From contig CM059431.1 in the NCBI GenBank assembly GCA_030390025.1, positions 109,432,001-109,496,000 on the forward strand: a stretch of DNA of 64,000 nucleotides, written 5' to 3'. Numbering within the stretch: the first letter of the stretch is position 1; each line of letters begins with the position of its first letter. The position numbers were made by a program, and so were the translations under genes. The notes beneath the pieces are model-generated. The model was not told the DNA's origin. It saw only the letters and a list, made by a program, of their open reading frames with translations, and did not search any database. Positions 50,081 to 62,558 of the stretch are shown here, one piece after another. The DNA is from Squalus acanthias (taxonomy: Eukaryota).

Positions 50081-50255
50081 CAATGTTCCCGCTAAGCTGC
50101 GCGTGTGCAAGGCCGCGCAGTAATCTGCAAGGTCCCGCGCAGGCCGCTTAGAAGCTGTTACAGTGGAAATACCGCGCAGGTGCAGAAATTTAAAGGGGCC
50201 GCGCAGTGAAAGAAACAGGCCGCGCAGAACATAGTGCAGCCTACAGGGAACACTG
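50081..50255. mobile_element. hAT-type MITE
   Basis: CAATGTTCCC / GGGAACACTG. 8-bp TSD GTTGTGTG/GTTGTGCG. Confidence 0.85.
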
Positions 50256-51229
50256 GTTGTGCGGTTATTGAGTCTTGTTCACAAGTCATATCGATGACTG
50301 TATGCTTCTGTGCTCAACTCTTTTGTACTAGATTCAGGCTGCAAATGAGCTGACTGGAAGTTGTCATCTGTAAGGCAGGGCTCAGTCAGGTTGCATGAAG
50401 TTTTACTTGTAAACTAATCAGGAATAGCCAGGTTTATCCACTAAAGTCAAGTAAATAGCCGCGGATAACGAGTTACAGCGAGAAACAATTGGCTATATAT
50501 CCAGGAACAGGTTGCCCTGTATAAAACCAATGAGCTTTACAAGGATTCTGATTGAGTGAATTTAACTCTATTGGCTCAGTTGTCTCAACTGTTTGAATCA
50601 TTTCTTGTTAGCTCAGTTAGTTTTGTTGTTTTCTTTCTTTAAAGATATAGTTTAAGAACAATAAAGGTAATGTTAAAGTAATGCTAAAAGCCACCTCAAC
50701 TTACAGCTTTGGCATTTATCCAGGTTGTATTTGGGTCTTGCACAGCTTCACAATAAACCAGCAGATTTCCTGTGGTGTCACTCTCAATAAGGCTGAGGAG
50801 CATTGTACCAGATAATGCAGAATTGCTCCTTTAAGGTCACAAGGTCGTATTGCTGTAAAAAGCCACATCTTCAGGTCAATTAGAATCTAATCGTTCTCAG
50901 CACACCTTGAGGTCAATTAGAGAGTATTTTCTGTTGCTGTGGAAGTTTCTTCAAAACCAGCAGAGAATTAAAGTTTATTTTTCCCTTTTTATATGTTAAA
51001 AAACATATGTGAAACAGAAATTTGCATGTGTAATGGATACATATAAAATTCACAGTTATATGTGTGTATATATTCACACACATATATAATTTCATAATAG
51101 GATGATTGGACGGTGCATTCTAGGGAGAAATTTTGCCTTTCATCTATCAGCCGGGTTCAATGTCAGGAGTCCACTTCACATCCGATAATAACTGCTACGG
51201 TTCCTGTTTAAGCTCGAGTTAAAATCATT

Positions 51230-51725
51230 TTGTATCCTATCCCGCAGTAAATTTTTCTCACCCATCACCCCACTCCTCGCTGACCTACTTGGCCTCCCAG
51301 TCCCCCAACACTTCAAATTAAAAATTCTTGCCTTCATGTTTAAATCCTTCCACGGACTCACCTCTCCCTGTATCCATAATCTTCTTCATCCTACATCCTC
51401 CCTCCCCCTCCCCGGTTCACCCCGAGCTCTCCGTTCCTTTGAATTGGGGTTCTTGTGTGTTCCCCCTCTTTTTGCCCCTCTATTGATAGTCGGTCTTCAA
51501 CTTGATAAGTCCTATTCTCTGGAAATCCATCCCTAAACCCCTCCACCTCTGCACATGCCTCACCTCCTTTAAGAACCTCCTTAAAATGTGTCTTTCTGAA
51601 CACTGTTTTGGTCACCTATCTAATTCTAATGTCTCCTCAGTACCCATTTTCCACTTCAATCTGTAAAGTACCTGGGGCGTTTTGGTTTGTTAAAGGCACT
51701 ATAAACACAAGTCCTTGTTGGTTGT
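51230..51725 (+). mobile_element. L2 LINE 3' end (diverged)
   Basis: PITPLLADLL-WLP-like segment, FKLKILAFMFKSFHGLTSP and a (TTG)n tail. Confidence 0.78.
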
Positions 51726-52730
51726 TTCATATGGAACCACTAATCTAAAGCCTGGATACTATATACATTTATGAAATAAATGATACTAACACACTTTCAA
51801 GCAAAGTGTTCAGGAGTACTTTTATATTGTTCCTACAGCAATCTTTGGATTACAGGTGGTGTAGATGACAGGTAACTTCATACCAATATGGACGAGTAAC
51901 TTCATACCAATAAATAGTGCCTCAATACTCCTTTTATACCACTGTAAGTCTGCAATTGTACAGTTTAGAGCTATTATAGCTGTCAGGATCCTAAGTGAAA
52001 TATGGTAAAGCAATTTTTATACAGATCCCCGGGGCAGCACTTCTTATTGCAAAATAGCTTTCACAGCTCCGAATAAAGAAGAAATGAAATAGAATAAATG
52101 TATAAAATAGGGAGTTTTCTGCGTACTCTGTTAATATACATGCAGCATGCACTCAGCTATTCCTCACAGATCTACACCCAAAGTTTTCTAGATTGGTAAC
52201 TATGGATTAAGCAGCACATTGCCTTTGCAAGTCAATAGGTGCAGTGATAATGGCAAAAGTCCTGAATCTCAGTTAAAAACAACAGGAAATTAACACTTAA
52301 CTTTGCTGTATGTAAAGGTCTGAAGAACATTGCGTAATAAATTGTTGCTTTTTAAAATTGCAAGCAGCACATTACATCATGCTTTGTAACTTTAGTGCAT
52401 TATTTCGATGTTTGTGTAGTCTCGGTGTGCTCAATTATTGTTGGCCATGATCTGGAGCAATGACTTGTTTAGAGAGCTAGTCTCACACACCAACATAACA
52501 CAAATACATTTACATATTCCTATTTCTAGGCTCCTCGGGCCACGTTTGGGAAATCTTATGCAAAGCAGACATGATTAAAGAGCGTTGGAATGACTGGAAA
52601 AATGGCAATGGATGAATTTTCCATTCTCCGGGTATTCCTAACTATCAAAAATAGAAATGCTCGATAAAAGTTGGAAAAAAGATGAATTGAATTTGCTACG
52701 GCATTGTTAAAGGTCATGTATAAGCAACTA

Positions 52731-53355
52731 CGTTGGTGCGCCTATCCTGCCAATAGATTTGCAGGATCTTGCGGAGGCAGCATTGGTGGTACCTCTCCAG
52801 TGCTTTGAGGTGCCAGCTGTAAATGGTCCATGTCTCTGAGGCATACAGGAGGGCGAGCCAACATCCCCAGCATCGAAGCTTTGACCACGCTCGACCAGCT
52901 CCGATGGATGGGCCACATCGTCCGCATGCCCGATACGAGACTCCCAAAACAAGCGCTCTACTCGGAGCTCCGACACGGCAAAAGAGCCCCAGGTGGGCAG
53001 AGGAAACGCTCCAAGGACACCCTCAAAGCCTCCTTGAAAATGTGCAACATCCCCACCGACACCTGGGAATCCCTGGCCCAAGACCGCACAAAGTGGAGGA
53101 GAAGCATCTGGGAAGGCGCCGAACACCTCGAGTCTCTTCGCCGGGAGCAAGCAGAAGCCAAGCGCAAGCAGCGTAAGGAGCGCACGTCAACCCAAGCACC
53201 CCACCCACCCGCCCCTTCAACCACCGTCTGCCCCACCTGTGACAGAGACTGTAGGTCCCGCATTGGACTCATCAGTCACCTGAGAACTCATTTTTAATGT
53301 GGAATCAAGTCATCCTCGGTTCCCAGGGACTGCCTAAGAAGAAGAGAAGAAGAAG
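52731..53355 (+). mobile_element. RTE-clade LINE 3' end with 5' inversion
   Basis: Minus 52731-52855: LLYASETWT...CLRKILQIYWQDRRTNV. Plus 52857-53297: ANIPSIE...LRWMGHIVRMPDTRLPK...CPTCDRDCRSRIGLISHLRTH. (GAA)n tail and TSD ATAAGCAACTA. Confidence 0.92.
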
Positions 53356-54142
53356 ATAAGCAACTAATATTGTATTCCGCAGCTGTGAAAGCACATTGAA
53401 AACTATTTAATGTAAGTTCAGGCCTAGGATAAGTGACGATGATGGACAAGATTTGTGGGCTTCCAGAGAGCAGTGATTAGTGCCAAGGAGGATCATGAGT
53501 TGCACCAAATATTAAATCAGGCAACAAAGCTACCACAAAGCATTGTTTCCTGGACATGGCAGAGATCAGTGCCTGAGGTGGGTCAAGCTCAGCCGGGAGA
53601 TTGTAACTGAGGTTGGCACGAGTCTTTGAAGAGCTACAGTGAAAATCAACCATCAGCCATTCCCTACCGGTGGCAATGAATCTCATCTCTGTTCTCAACT
53701 CTTATGTCACTTGGACCTTCCCGACACCCAAAGGGATAATCTCAAGAATGAGTTACTTTACCATTCGGAAGGTAACAGGGGCCCTGTATCAGCACCAACC
53801 CTGTTACCCACACTTCAGCAAGAGTCAGCAGCAGACCAGCCACTCCAGGCCGAGATGCAGGTTTGTGAGGATTTGTGCCCATTTTGTCCGGGGGGGCCCT
53901 TCAATTCGACACTGTTATTTTCTTTTGGCACCCATTTACCATCAAAGACTTGAAGAGCTCCCTCACTGGGACCGATCTCGCTCTGCCGACATTCATCTAC
54001 TTTCCACGGCTATTCCACACTCCGCAGCTGGATTCTCATCCATTTAGAAATTTAGAAGCATCAAGCGGCCCCTTTTGCTGCTGCAGAGAAGAAATCACTG
54101 TTACATTTGCATCACCGCTTACAAATGTGCATTTCTCACAAT

Positions 54143-54408
54143 GTAGCTGTGGCTTGGTGGAACTCCTCTCATTTACTGAGTCAGAAGGTTGTGGGTTCCA
54201 GTCCCACATGAGCCCATTATCTAGGCTGACACTCCAATGCAGTGCTGAGAGAGTGGCGCACTGTCAGAGGTGCCGTCTTTCAGGCCCCGTCTGCTCTCTG
54301 AGGTGGACGTAAAAGATCCCGTGGCCACTATTTCAGAGAAGAGCAGGGGAGTTATCCCCGGTGTCCTGGGCCAATATTTATCCCTCCAACCAAGATCATT
54401 AAAACAGC
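54143..54408 (+). mobile_element. Deu-domain SINE 5' part
   Basis: tRNA-like head GGTTGTGGGTTCCAGTCCCAC, then GGTGGACGTAAAAGATCCCGTGGC...GGTGTCCTGGGCCAATATTTATCCCTC. Confidence 0.8.
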
Positions 54409-55169
54409 AGTCTTCATCATTTGAATATTTAATTGTATGTTGTAATAAATAAATTATCTGTGAATTTTGAAATGTGCTGATTCTAGTTAATAATGATAAC
54501 CTTATGCTCCTGTGCAATGTCCAGTGCTTTGGTTTTACATTTTAAATTTCTGTTTTTTTTTTAAGTGAGTCTCATCCTTTCAAAAAAGCAGCTGGATCTT
54601 CCAGTCTGTGGCTGTTAAGACTATTTGGGCAGTTAACGCATGGTAATTACCCACAGTCACTGTTCAACTGTTAAAATGCCATTTTCCGCTTTTCTGCATG
54701 TTAACTGCAAGTTAAACCACCCAATGCAAACGCAAGATGTAATAATACATATTAAACAGCTTAACAACTGGAACTGACCTGTCTGACCTTTGTTAACGAG
54801 TGTAACTTATTCTATTGTGATGTAACTGAACCAAAATGGCTCACTCAACCGCACTGAGATCTAAGTCACGTTCCAGAGAGCATGAGCTTCACATTTTACT
54901 GAAAGAATTCATTAAAAAAGAGAGAGAAGATATCATGAGCGCACAAAGCCATTTACCTACAGTTACTGAGTCTTGAAATGGCCGGGGCTATCAGTGTCTG
55001 CAAAAATGAATAACGTTTCAGAAACCCAAAGAGATCTAGCGGACTGTAAAAAAAAAAATGAGGCTTAATAACATGAAAAGTGGCAATAAAGGACTATAAC
55101 GCTAAGGCAAGGACAGTGCTGTAAACAGAAAAAGAAAATCACTGAGGCAGAAGGAAAAGTGGACACGAT

Positions 55170-55820
55170 GGCCCGGATTTTACAGGGGCCGATATGCGTA
55201 CACCATCGTAAGTCCTCAGAATGGCCCCGCAAGTTTCTCCTTGACAGCTCGTCCGCGTGCGCCTCTAAAACATCTTCGCTGGCGCAGAACCACTGCCCAG
55301 CGAATGCCCACGAAACCCTTATGCCTGGTAAAAGAAGGCGTAAGGGTTAAAATAAATGTTAAATTAAAGTTTTAAAAATGATTAAAACATACGAAAACAT
55401 TTTAAATGAGTTCATGTAAATTTTGAGCCGGAAGAAAATGATTTTATTATTTTTCAAAAAAAATTAATTTTTTATTTTAAATGCTTAATCAAAGGGACTT
55501 TTAATTAACTTTGAACATGGGAATATTTATTTTTATTAGAATTGTGTTTGTTTTGGTGATTTCTATTAAGCTTATGGGGATTTCGTTCTTAAATGGAATC
55601 CCCCATAAGCTTATGAGGAAGCCCCCTTTCTGATGGGTTGGCCTGGCCCACGTGATCCCAGGGATGCTTCCGAAGCGCCTGCGTCCCTGGGATCCGTGGG
55701 CCTTTAGCCCAGGGCCCGAAGTCTCCGAAGCTCCGTCGACACCAGGTACTTTCGGACCTTTTTTTTTTCAGGGTCGGTGGCGTGTTCTTCTGGTACGCCT
55801 CCGACCGCAAATTCAGGGCC
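55170..55820 (+). mobile_element. Harbinger-type MITE, family 3 variant c
   Basis: GGCCCGGATTTT / AAATTCAGGGCC with ATG on both sides. Shares GGCCCACGTGATCCCAGGG with 44239 and 58258. Confidence 0.78.
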
Positions 55821-56094
55821 ATGATTTCAGCTTACGGGTGAAAATGAGATGAAATCGAACAGTCTCTAGATTCAGATATCAGTCACGTACAAAGTAGGCC
55901 AGCAGGATATAGATTACAACAACATATCTCATGACATATAAAAGCAAGTGGCTCCCTGCCAGCAGTGGCGGACTGCAGAATTATTCCTTGTTTACCAAAC
56001 GGCCTTTTGTGAAGGCCGTGCCTATTTAATATGGATTGCTGATCCTATTATTATGATCAAGGTAGTGAAGTACAGTATTATTGGTCATAATCTA

Positions 56095-56775
56095 GTCAAC
56101 AACAGCTTGTATTTATATAGCTATTTTAACATAGAAAAAGTCCCAGTGCATTTCACAGAGGTATAAGCAGACAATCATGGACACTGAGACTGGAAGGAGA
56201 TGTTAGGAAGGTTGACCAAAGAGTTGGGTTTTAAGGAGCACCTTAAAGGAGGAGAGGGAGGTAGAGAGGTGGAGAGGTTTAGGGAGGGCATTCCACAACA
56301 TAAGGTGGTGGCACGGCCGCCAATCGTGGGGCAAAGGGGGGCACAAAAGGCCAGATCAGAGGAATGGAGAGTTCAGTGGGGGAGGGGGAGGTTGTAGGGC
56401 TGGAGGGGATTACAGAGATAGGGAGGGCCAAGGCTAATCAAGGGTTTTAACCACAGGGTTGGGAATTTTAAAATCGAGGTGTTGGGGGACTGGGAGCCCA
56501 CGTAGGTCAGCAAGGATCGGGGGGATGGATGAACGGGATTTAATGCAGGATAGGATACGGGCAGGAAGATTCTGGATGAGTTGTAGTTTACAGAGGGTGG
56601 AGAATGGTCAGCCGACGGGAGACCATTGGAATGATCAAGTCTGCAAGTGACAAAGGCTTGTATGAGGGTTTCAGTGACAGACGGGCTGAGGCAGGGCTGG
56701 AGGTCAGTGGTGTTGCATAGGTGGAAATAGGTAGACTTTATGATGGAGCAGTGAGGGTTGAAATCTCAGCTTTTT
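56095..56775 (-). mobile_element. L2 LINE 3' end (diverged)
   Basis: Homologous to 12706-13150 (AACAACAGCTTGTATTTATATAGC...GGAGAGGTTTAGGGAGGG). Confidence 0.8.
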
Positions 56776-56941
56776 TTTATACATAGACAATACTTAAGTT
56801 ACATAACTAATTTAACACATCCCATTTGGGTGCTCGGCATCGGTTACACAGATGCACATTGGATGCGAGTGATCCAGATTATTTGGTGCTCAAGTTTCAG
56901 GGCTGTTCTGCACTGTTCCATATTGAGGCCAGGAAGTACTT

Positions 56942-57350
56942 GGCCTGGATTTTGCATTGAGAAATAACGGTGAGGCTATCACCGTTCACTGTTAATATGG
57001 AAGAAATCGGGCAGCAAATTCTGGAGTACGCACATGTGCAGTTAAACGTGGAAATCAAAATGTCCGAGTTACCCTGCTCCTCCACAGGCTGCGCTATACC
57101 AGTACCTCGCCGAGAGACTCGGCATTGAAATCCATGTAAGGGCGTTAAATTGGGGTACTTACCCACTAGTTACCCACTAAACACACTAGAAAAAGATTGG
57201 GCTGATGCATTCAGGTCTAAATGAATTTTAACGGCGTGATAAGTCATAATTAATGCCAAACAACCTCTCTGGCACTGAAAATTAAATTTTACAAGTGTGG
57301 AGTCTCATTCCTTCAGAATTTAATTAGTGTTTGAGATTTTTTTAAAATCT
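56942..57350 (+). mobile_element. Harbinger-type MITE family 5, truncated
   Basis: Starts GGCCTGGATTTT and is similar to 41553-41950. Confidence 0.55.
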
Positions 57351-57407
57351 GAACTGTTTACAGTTCAGATGATGTTGTAAATAGGGAAAAGAAAGATTTT
57401 CTCCCAT

Positions 57408-57690
57408 CAGCAGCAATGTGATAATGACCAGATAATATGTTTAGTGATGTTGATTGAGGGATAAATATTGGGCAGAACAGCAGGGATACCTCCCTTGCTC
57501 TTCTTCGAAATAGTGCCATGGGATCTTTAACGTCCATCTGAGAGGACACCTCTGACAGCACAGCACTCCCGCAATACTGCAGTGGGGTGTCAGCCTAGAT
57601 TTTTGTGCTCAAGTCTCATGGAGTGGGACTTAAACCTACAACCTTTTGACTCAGAGACAAGCGTGCTACCCACTGAGCCACGGCTGACAC
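57408..57690 (-). mobile_element. Deu-domain SINE 5' part
   Basis: rc of TAAAGATCCCATGGCACTATTTCGAAGAAGAGC. tRNA-like head GTGTCAGCCGTGGCTCAGTGGGTAGCAC. Confidence 0.82.
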
Positions 57691-58221
57691 TCTGCAAACC
57701 TTGAGCGATTGTAACACTCAGTTTGCAATTCTGCCTTGAAATCACTTCAGGATATCTACTTTTATTTCTTTAATTTGACTGTGAAGCTGATCAGGTACTT
57801 TTATTCTGCCTTTGATCTGTTGGTGCAGCAGCAGCAGTGGCTGTTGCTGTGGTTGCAATTTGAGTTGTTGATGCATCGTGGTGTTCGCACTGAAGGGTTA
57901 ATTGTTCCTACATGACTAATGCAAGTTTATCAATAAATTCTATAAAATCACATATTGCTTCTTTGGCAGTGAGGGGATTAGAAATAGTGTGTATATTAGC
58001 AGTTTTTGGCATGTTAGAAAGTGCCCTGAGACTGGGGGTGGATAGTCAAAGATGATTCTGCTTCCAAACCAGCTCATTCAACATGATTCGCACAACATGA
58101 GTCAGTTTCCGTGGCTGCAAACTGTCAGCTAGTAGCAAATTAACAACACGACACATACATGGGTCACTGCGACAACACGTTGATGTATGCAATACACAAT
58201 GATGCATTACAACAACAGATG

Positions 58222-59135
58222 GAAAGAACGAAAGAAAGAAAGAGAGAAAGAAAGAAAGGGCCAGATTTTGCGACCCCCACGGGTGCGTACGAGGTGTGTA
58301 CGCGCCTGTAGGGGCCGCGCAAGTGCCGGTTTCAGGCATGCGACGTGCATGATCTAAAAACCAGCACTTGCATCCGCCTGCCCGGGAAAAGTGCCTCTGC
58401 GGGTGGAGAGTTGCGCTATTTGCTCAACTTCCACCCGCTGAATCCCTGTCAAATTCTTACGCAGCGTAAGGCCTGCTTTTACCAGCTTAAGAGTTCAAAA
58501 AAATAGAAAAATGAAATTTGATAACTCATTTATAAATTAAAAATACTCTTCAAAAAGGTAAGTTTATTTTTAGCCCCATAAAAACATTTAATTTTTAAAA
58601 AAATATTACATTTTTGTTTAAAATATTTAATTAAATGTCATTTTAATTAATTTTAAATATGTAATATATTTTAATATTTATTTAATGTTTTAGTGTGTTT
58701 TTAAATGTGATCCCCATTCATACTTTTGACAGTTCTGTGCGTACGGACCTGTCAAAAGTATGAAGTGGGATTCCCTTCTTTCATTGGTTTGCCTGGCCCA
58801 CGTGATCCCAGGGCGCTTGCGAACCGCATGTGTCCCTGGGATACGTGGGCCTCTGCACATTTCAAAGAGGAGAGGCCCAGGATCGCAAGCCTCGGGATTT
58901 ACGGAACCAGCAGGTAAATTCATAGATTTTCTCCGATCGGAGGCATCCGCTCGCAGGAAGCCTCCGATCGGAAATTCAGGGCCAAAGAAAGAAAGAAAGA
59001 AAGACTTACATTTATATAGCGCATTTCATGACCTCAGGATGTCCCAAAGTGCTTTACAGCCAATGAAGTACTTATTGACTGTTGTAATGTAGGAAATGCA
59101 GCAGCATTTGCGCACAGCAAGCTCCCACAAGGCTG
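58222..59135 (-). mobile_element. Deu-SINE 3' part whose (GAAA)n tail is split by a MITE
   Basis: (GAAA)n at 58222-58257 and 58984-59004, followed by ACTTACATTTATATAGCGC. Confidence 0.75.
58258..58983 (+). mobile_element. Harbinger-type MITE, family 3 variant b
   Basis: GGGCCAGATTTT / AAATTCAGGGCC with AAA on both sides. Confidence 0.85.
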
Positions 59136-59536
59136 TGATGACTGCACAGTTGAATATCCTGCTGACACTCTCAGACAAGAATAATGGTCACATATGTGAG
59201 GCATTTGAAGGTTTCCATGGTACCGTGTCTCAGCAAGTATTAAACGTATCAAGACAAGAGAGGAGGAAATTGACAAGAAAGATTTGGGGAAAAAAATCAT
59301 TTACTCAATGGAAAAACTTGATTAATACTCTGGGATAACTGGAAGTCCATTTTTCCCTGCCTCAAAAGGTATGCCATTAAATATCCAGCTATTCCAGTGT
59401 TTGTTAAAACAGCACAGAAAGTAAAATGGGATACATATCAATATTGAGAAATTGCTGGCAATTTCACTGCAATTGACTTTCCCAGAATTGTACCAGGCCT
59501 TGAACCAACTGAGGGCTGAGCTACAGACTGCATCAT

Positions 59537-59983
59537 AAAGAAAGACTTGCATATCTATAGCGCCTTTCACAACCACCGGACATCCCAAAGCGCTTTACAG
59601 CCAATGAAGTACTTTTGAAGTGTAGTCACTGTTGTAATGTAGGAAACGCGGCAGCCAATTTGCGCACAGCAAGCTCCCACAGATAGCAATGCGATAATGA
59701 CCAGATCATCAGTTTTAGTGATGTTGATTGAGGGATAAATATTGGCCCCAGGACACCGGGGAGAACTCCCCTGCTCTTCTTCAAAATAACGTCATAATAT
59801 CTGAGAAAGCAGACGGGGCCTCGGTTTAACGTCTCATCCGAAAGATGGCACCTCCTACAATGCTGCACTCTCTCAGCACTGAGTGTCAGCGCAGATTTTT
59901 GCACTCGAAATCCCTGGAGTGGGACCTAGAACCCACAACCTTCCTGACTCAAGAAGCGAGAGTGCTACCAACTGAGCCACAGC
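59537..59983 (-). mobile_element. Near full-length Deu-domain (SacSINE1-like) SINE
   Basis: tRNA-like head GCTGTGGCTCAGTTGGTAGCACTCTCGC...GGGTTCTAGGTCCC, Deu-like core GATGAGACGTTAAACCGAGGCCCCGTCTGC and L2-type tail. Confidence 0.88.
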
Positions 59984-60617
59984 GTTCCAAACTGTTTATA
60001 TGGTGCCTTTGATGAATGTAGCAGAACTAGGAAGTGCTGCAGTTTGCAAAGGGCACTATAAACACGTTATAGTGGGGACCTTGCATCAGTGTGTGTCTTT
60101 TAAACTAGAGTTAAGTCCAAATACTTCCATCAACAGGTTGAGATACAAGTTTAATGTACTATGTTACAGAAAAGACAGTCACAACTGGGATCCATGACAA
60201 ACTGCACCAATTAAACACATGCCTCTTTTAAACAATCAGGATGTGTGGGTAGTAATTTTTAAACCAGCCAGCCACTATAGAGCTAAACTGGAATTTATGG
60301 CCATCTGAATTAACACAGAGAAGCTGGATGAACACAAGTAATTATATTGCCATTGAGAGAGGTTGTTGTTCTTGTGCACAGGCAGCCAGAATGATTTAAA
60401 TGAATCCCACTTGACCTCTCCATTAAAAATGTAGACAGAAGCTGCTCTTTGACCTCTTTGATTGATTAAAAACAATCACATTTCAATTGCACTGCAAGGA
60501 GGACATTTGTTGCGGCTTGTAGGAAATGTGCTAAATAATGGTGGCGTTCCTGCATCCAGTTTAATTAGTGAACTGTCCTACTGTAGCTTTCAGATGGATC
60601 GTATGAATGTCGCATTC

Positions 60618-61122
60618 TTTTTTTCAATTTGTTTATGGGATGTGGGCATCACTGTCAAGGCCAGCATTTATTGCCCATCCCTAACTGCCCTTGAGAAGGT
60701 GGTGGTGAGCCGCCTTCTTGAACCGCTGCAGTCCGTGTGGTGAAGGTGCTCCCACAGTGCTGTTAGGGAGGGAGTTCCAGGATTTTGACCCAGCGATGAT
60801 GAAGGATAGGCGATATACTTCCAAGTCAGGATGGTGTGTGACTTGGAGGGGAACTTGGAGGTGGTGGTGTTCCCATGCGCCTGCTGCCCTTGTCCTTCTA
60901 GGTGGAAGAGGTCGCGGGTTTGGGAGGTGCTGCCAAAGAAGCCTTGGCGAGTTGCTGCAGTGCATCTTGTAGATGGTACACACTGTAGCCACGGTACGCC
61001 GGTGGTGGAGGGAGCGAATGTTTAAGGTGGTGGATGGGGTGCCAATCAAGCGGGCTGCTTTGTCCTGGATGGTGTCGAGCTTCTTGAGTGTTGTTGGAGC
61101 TGCACTCATCCAGGAAAGTGGA
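60618..61122 (-). mobile_element. LINE-B 3' fragment
   Basis: ORF 60681..61109 (MSAAPTTLKKLDTIQDKAARLIG...) plus tail. Confidence 0.88.
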
Positions 61123-61811
61123 TGTCTGGGGCAAGGTGTAACCTATCCCCCTCAAAATAAAACCAACAGGCACATCCCAGTAGTCATTTAAAGCTGCACA
61201 ATTTCAACTCTAAAATGAAAAAAAAATGCAAGTTGCATTTCTTTCCTTTTGCTTCCTGCCTCAAACTTGCAGCAACTTTATGAAATCCTTTCGTGCTGCA
61301 TTTGCCGTTGGAGAATCATTGTGCGGGTGTTACATGAAAGCAAAGTGTGTTTTGAAAATTTGCAAATTTCCACGGAGAATGATTAAATCTGGTGCTGCGG
61401 GGAATGATCTGCATTTGGCAAGTGATTTAATCCGCTGCATTTTACAATGCGAATCCCCATGCAACGATTCTGGAAACTTCTTTGCGGTAACTGCAGATGG
61501 ACAGGTGCAGCAGCTGTGCGCTGTTTAATCAGCCCCAAGAGAATAACATGGTTCGCACCACAACTCAACTGGCACATTACAGTTAAAGTATTTTAGTTTA
61601 AGTTCAATTAAAACACCCACGTTTAACAACTCATTTTGTGGGTTGCTTGAAGAAAAACACAAAGGCAGTGGTTGTTAGCCAAATGTCACCTGTTCTGAGG
61701 TACAAAGTGCAACTGGTGATTCTGTTTGTAGTTTTGATATTTTTATTTCCCATTCCCTGATCATCCCAGGTCATAGGCGGACTTCAGCTTAGAGAGCAAG
61801 TTAGTGACTTG

Positions 61812-62558
61812 GGGGGCGCACTTGCCAGCCCTGGGGAGGCGGGTATGGAAGCGGGACTGCCGGGAAAATGGCAGAATTCGGGGGCGGGTGCCCAACCCGC
61901 CCCCAACCCGCCTCCATGCCATCTTCCCAGGAGGCGGGTATCCGTCCTGCCCCGGGTTCCGTCTCCTTGGAGGCGGGAAGGGATTAAAGCCTATTAACTG
62001 CCTGTGAACAGGTAGTTAACAGGCAGAAAATAGGATTATCCCCTTTTTGCCCTCACAAGTGCGGGCTTCCTGAAGGCTCCAAAACACGCCAGCTCAGCTC
62101 AGCGATTACTGGGTCTGCAGGGGTCGGGGGGATGCAGAAGTGTGGTGTGAAGGTAAGTAATGGGTGCAAGAGTGTAGAGGTGAGTATCTGAGGTAAGTGC
62201 AAAGTGTTTTTAAAAGTGTACTTACTTTTGTTTCTTCCTGCAGGAGATTCTCGGACCTCCGTGTTGCAGATGAGAGATGGCCGTTGCATTCTCATATGCA
62301 ACAACCATCTCATTTCTGTAAAAGAAAGAAGGTTGATGAGGTCTTGTACGCAAGACCTCATCAAACTGCAGAGAATGTCACTGTTTGACAGCTTCACAGA
62401 GCTTTCCCTTGATTGGCCTGCTAAGCCCACTAGGCGGGCTTAACAAGGTCAATCAAGGGAAAATAGCATGGGTTGGCCACAAATCGATGGAGGCGGGACA
62501 TTGATCTGACAAGCAGCAGTCCCGCCTCCAACGCGCCCCCATTCACAAAATCGCCCCC
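61812..62558 (-). mobile_element. Harbinger-type MITE, family 2 (diverged, inverted)
   Basis: GGGGGCGCACTTGCCA / CAAAATCGCCCCC with TTG TSD. Confidence 0.85.

Noticed and set aside
51872..51912. 17-bp direct repeat GTAACTTCATACCAATA twice (CRISPR-like?)
   Set aside because: Only two units with a 7-bp spacer in eukaryotic DNA, so a simple tandem duplication.
53540..54040. Overlapping 100-145 aa ORFs
   Set aside because: No recognisable domain or splice structure. Possibly a very old non-LTR remnant (PFTIKDLKSSL), too weak to call.
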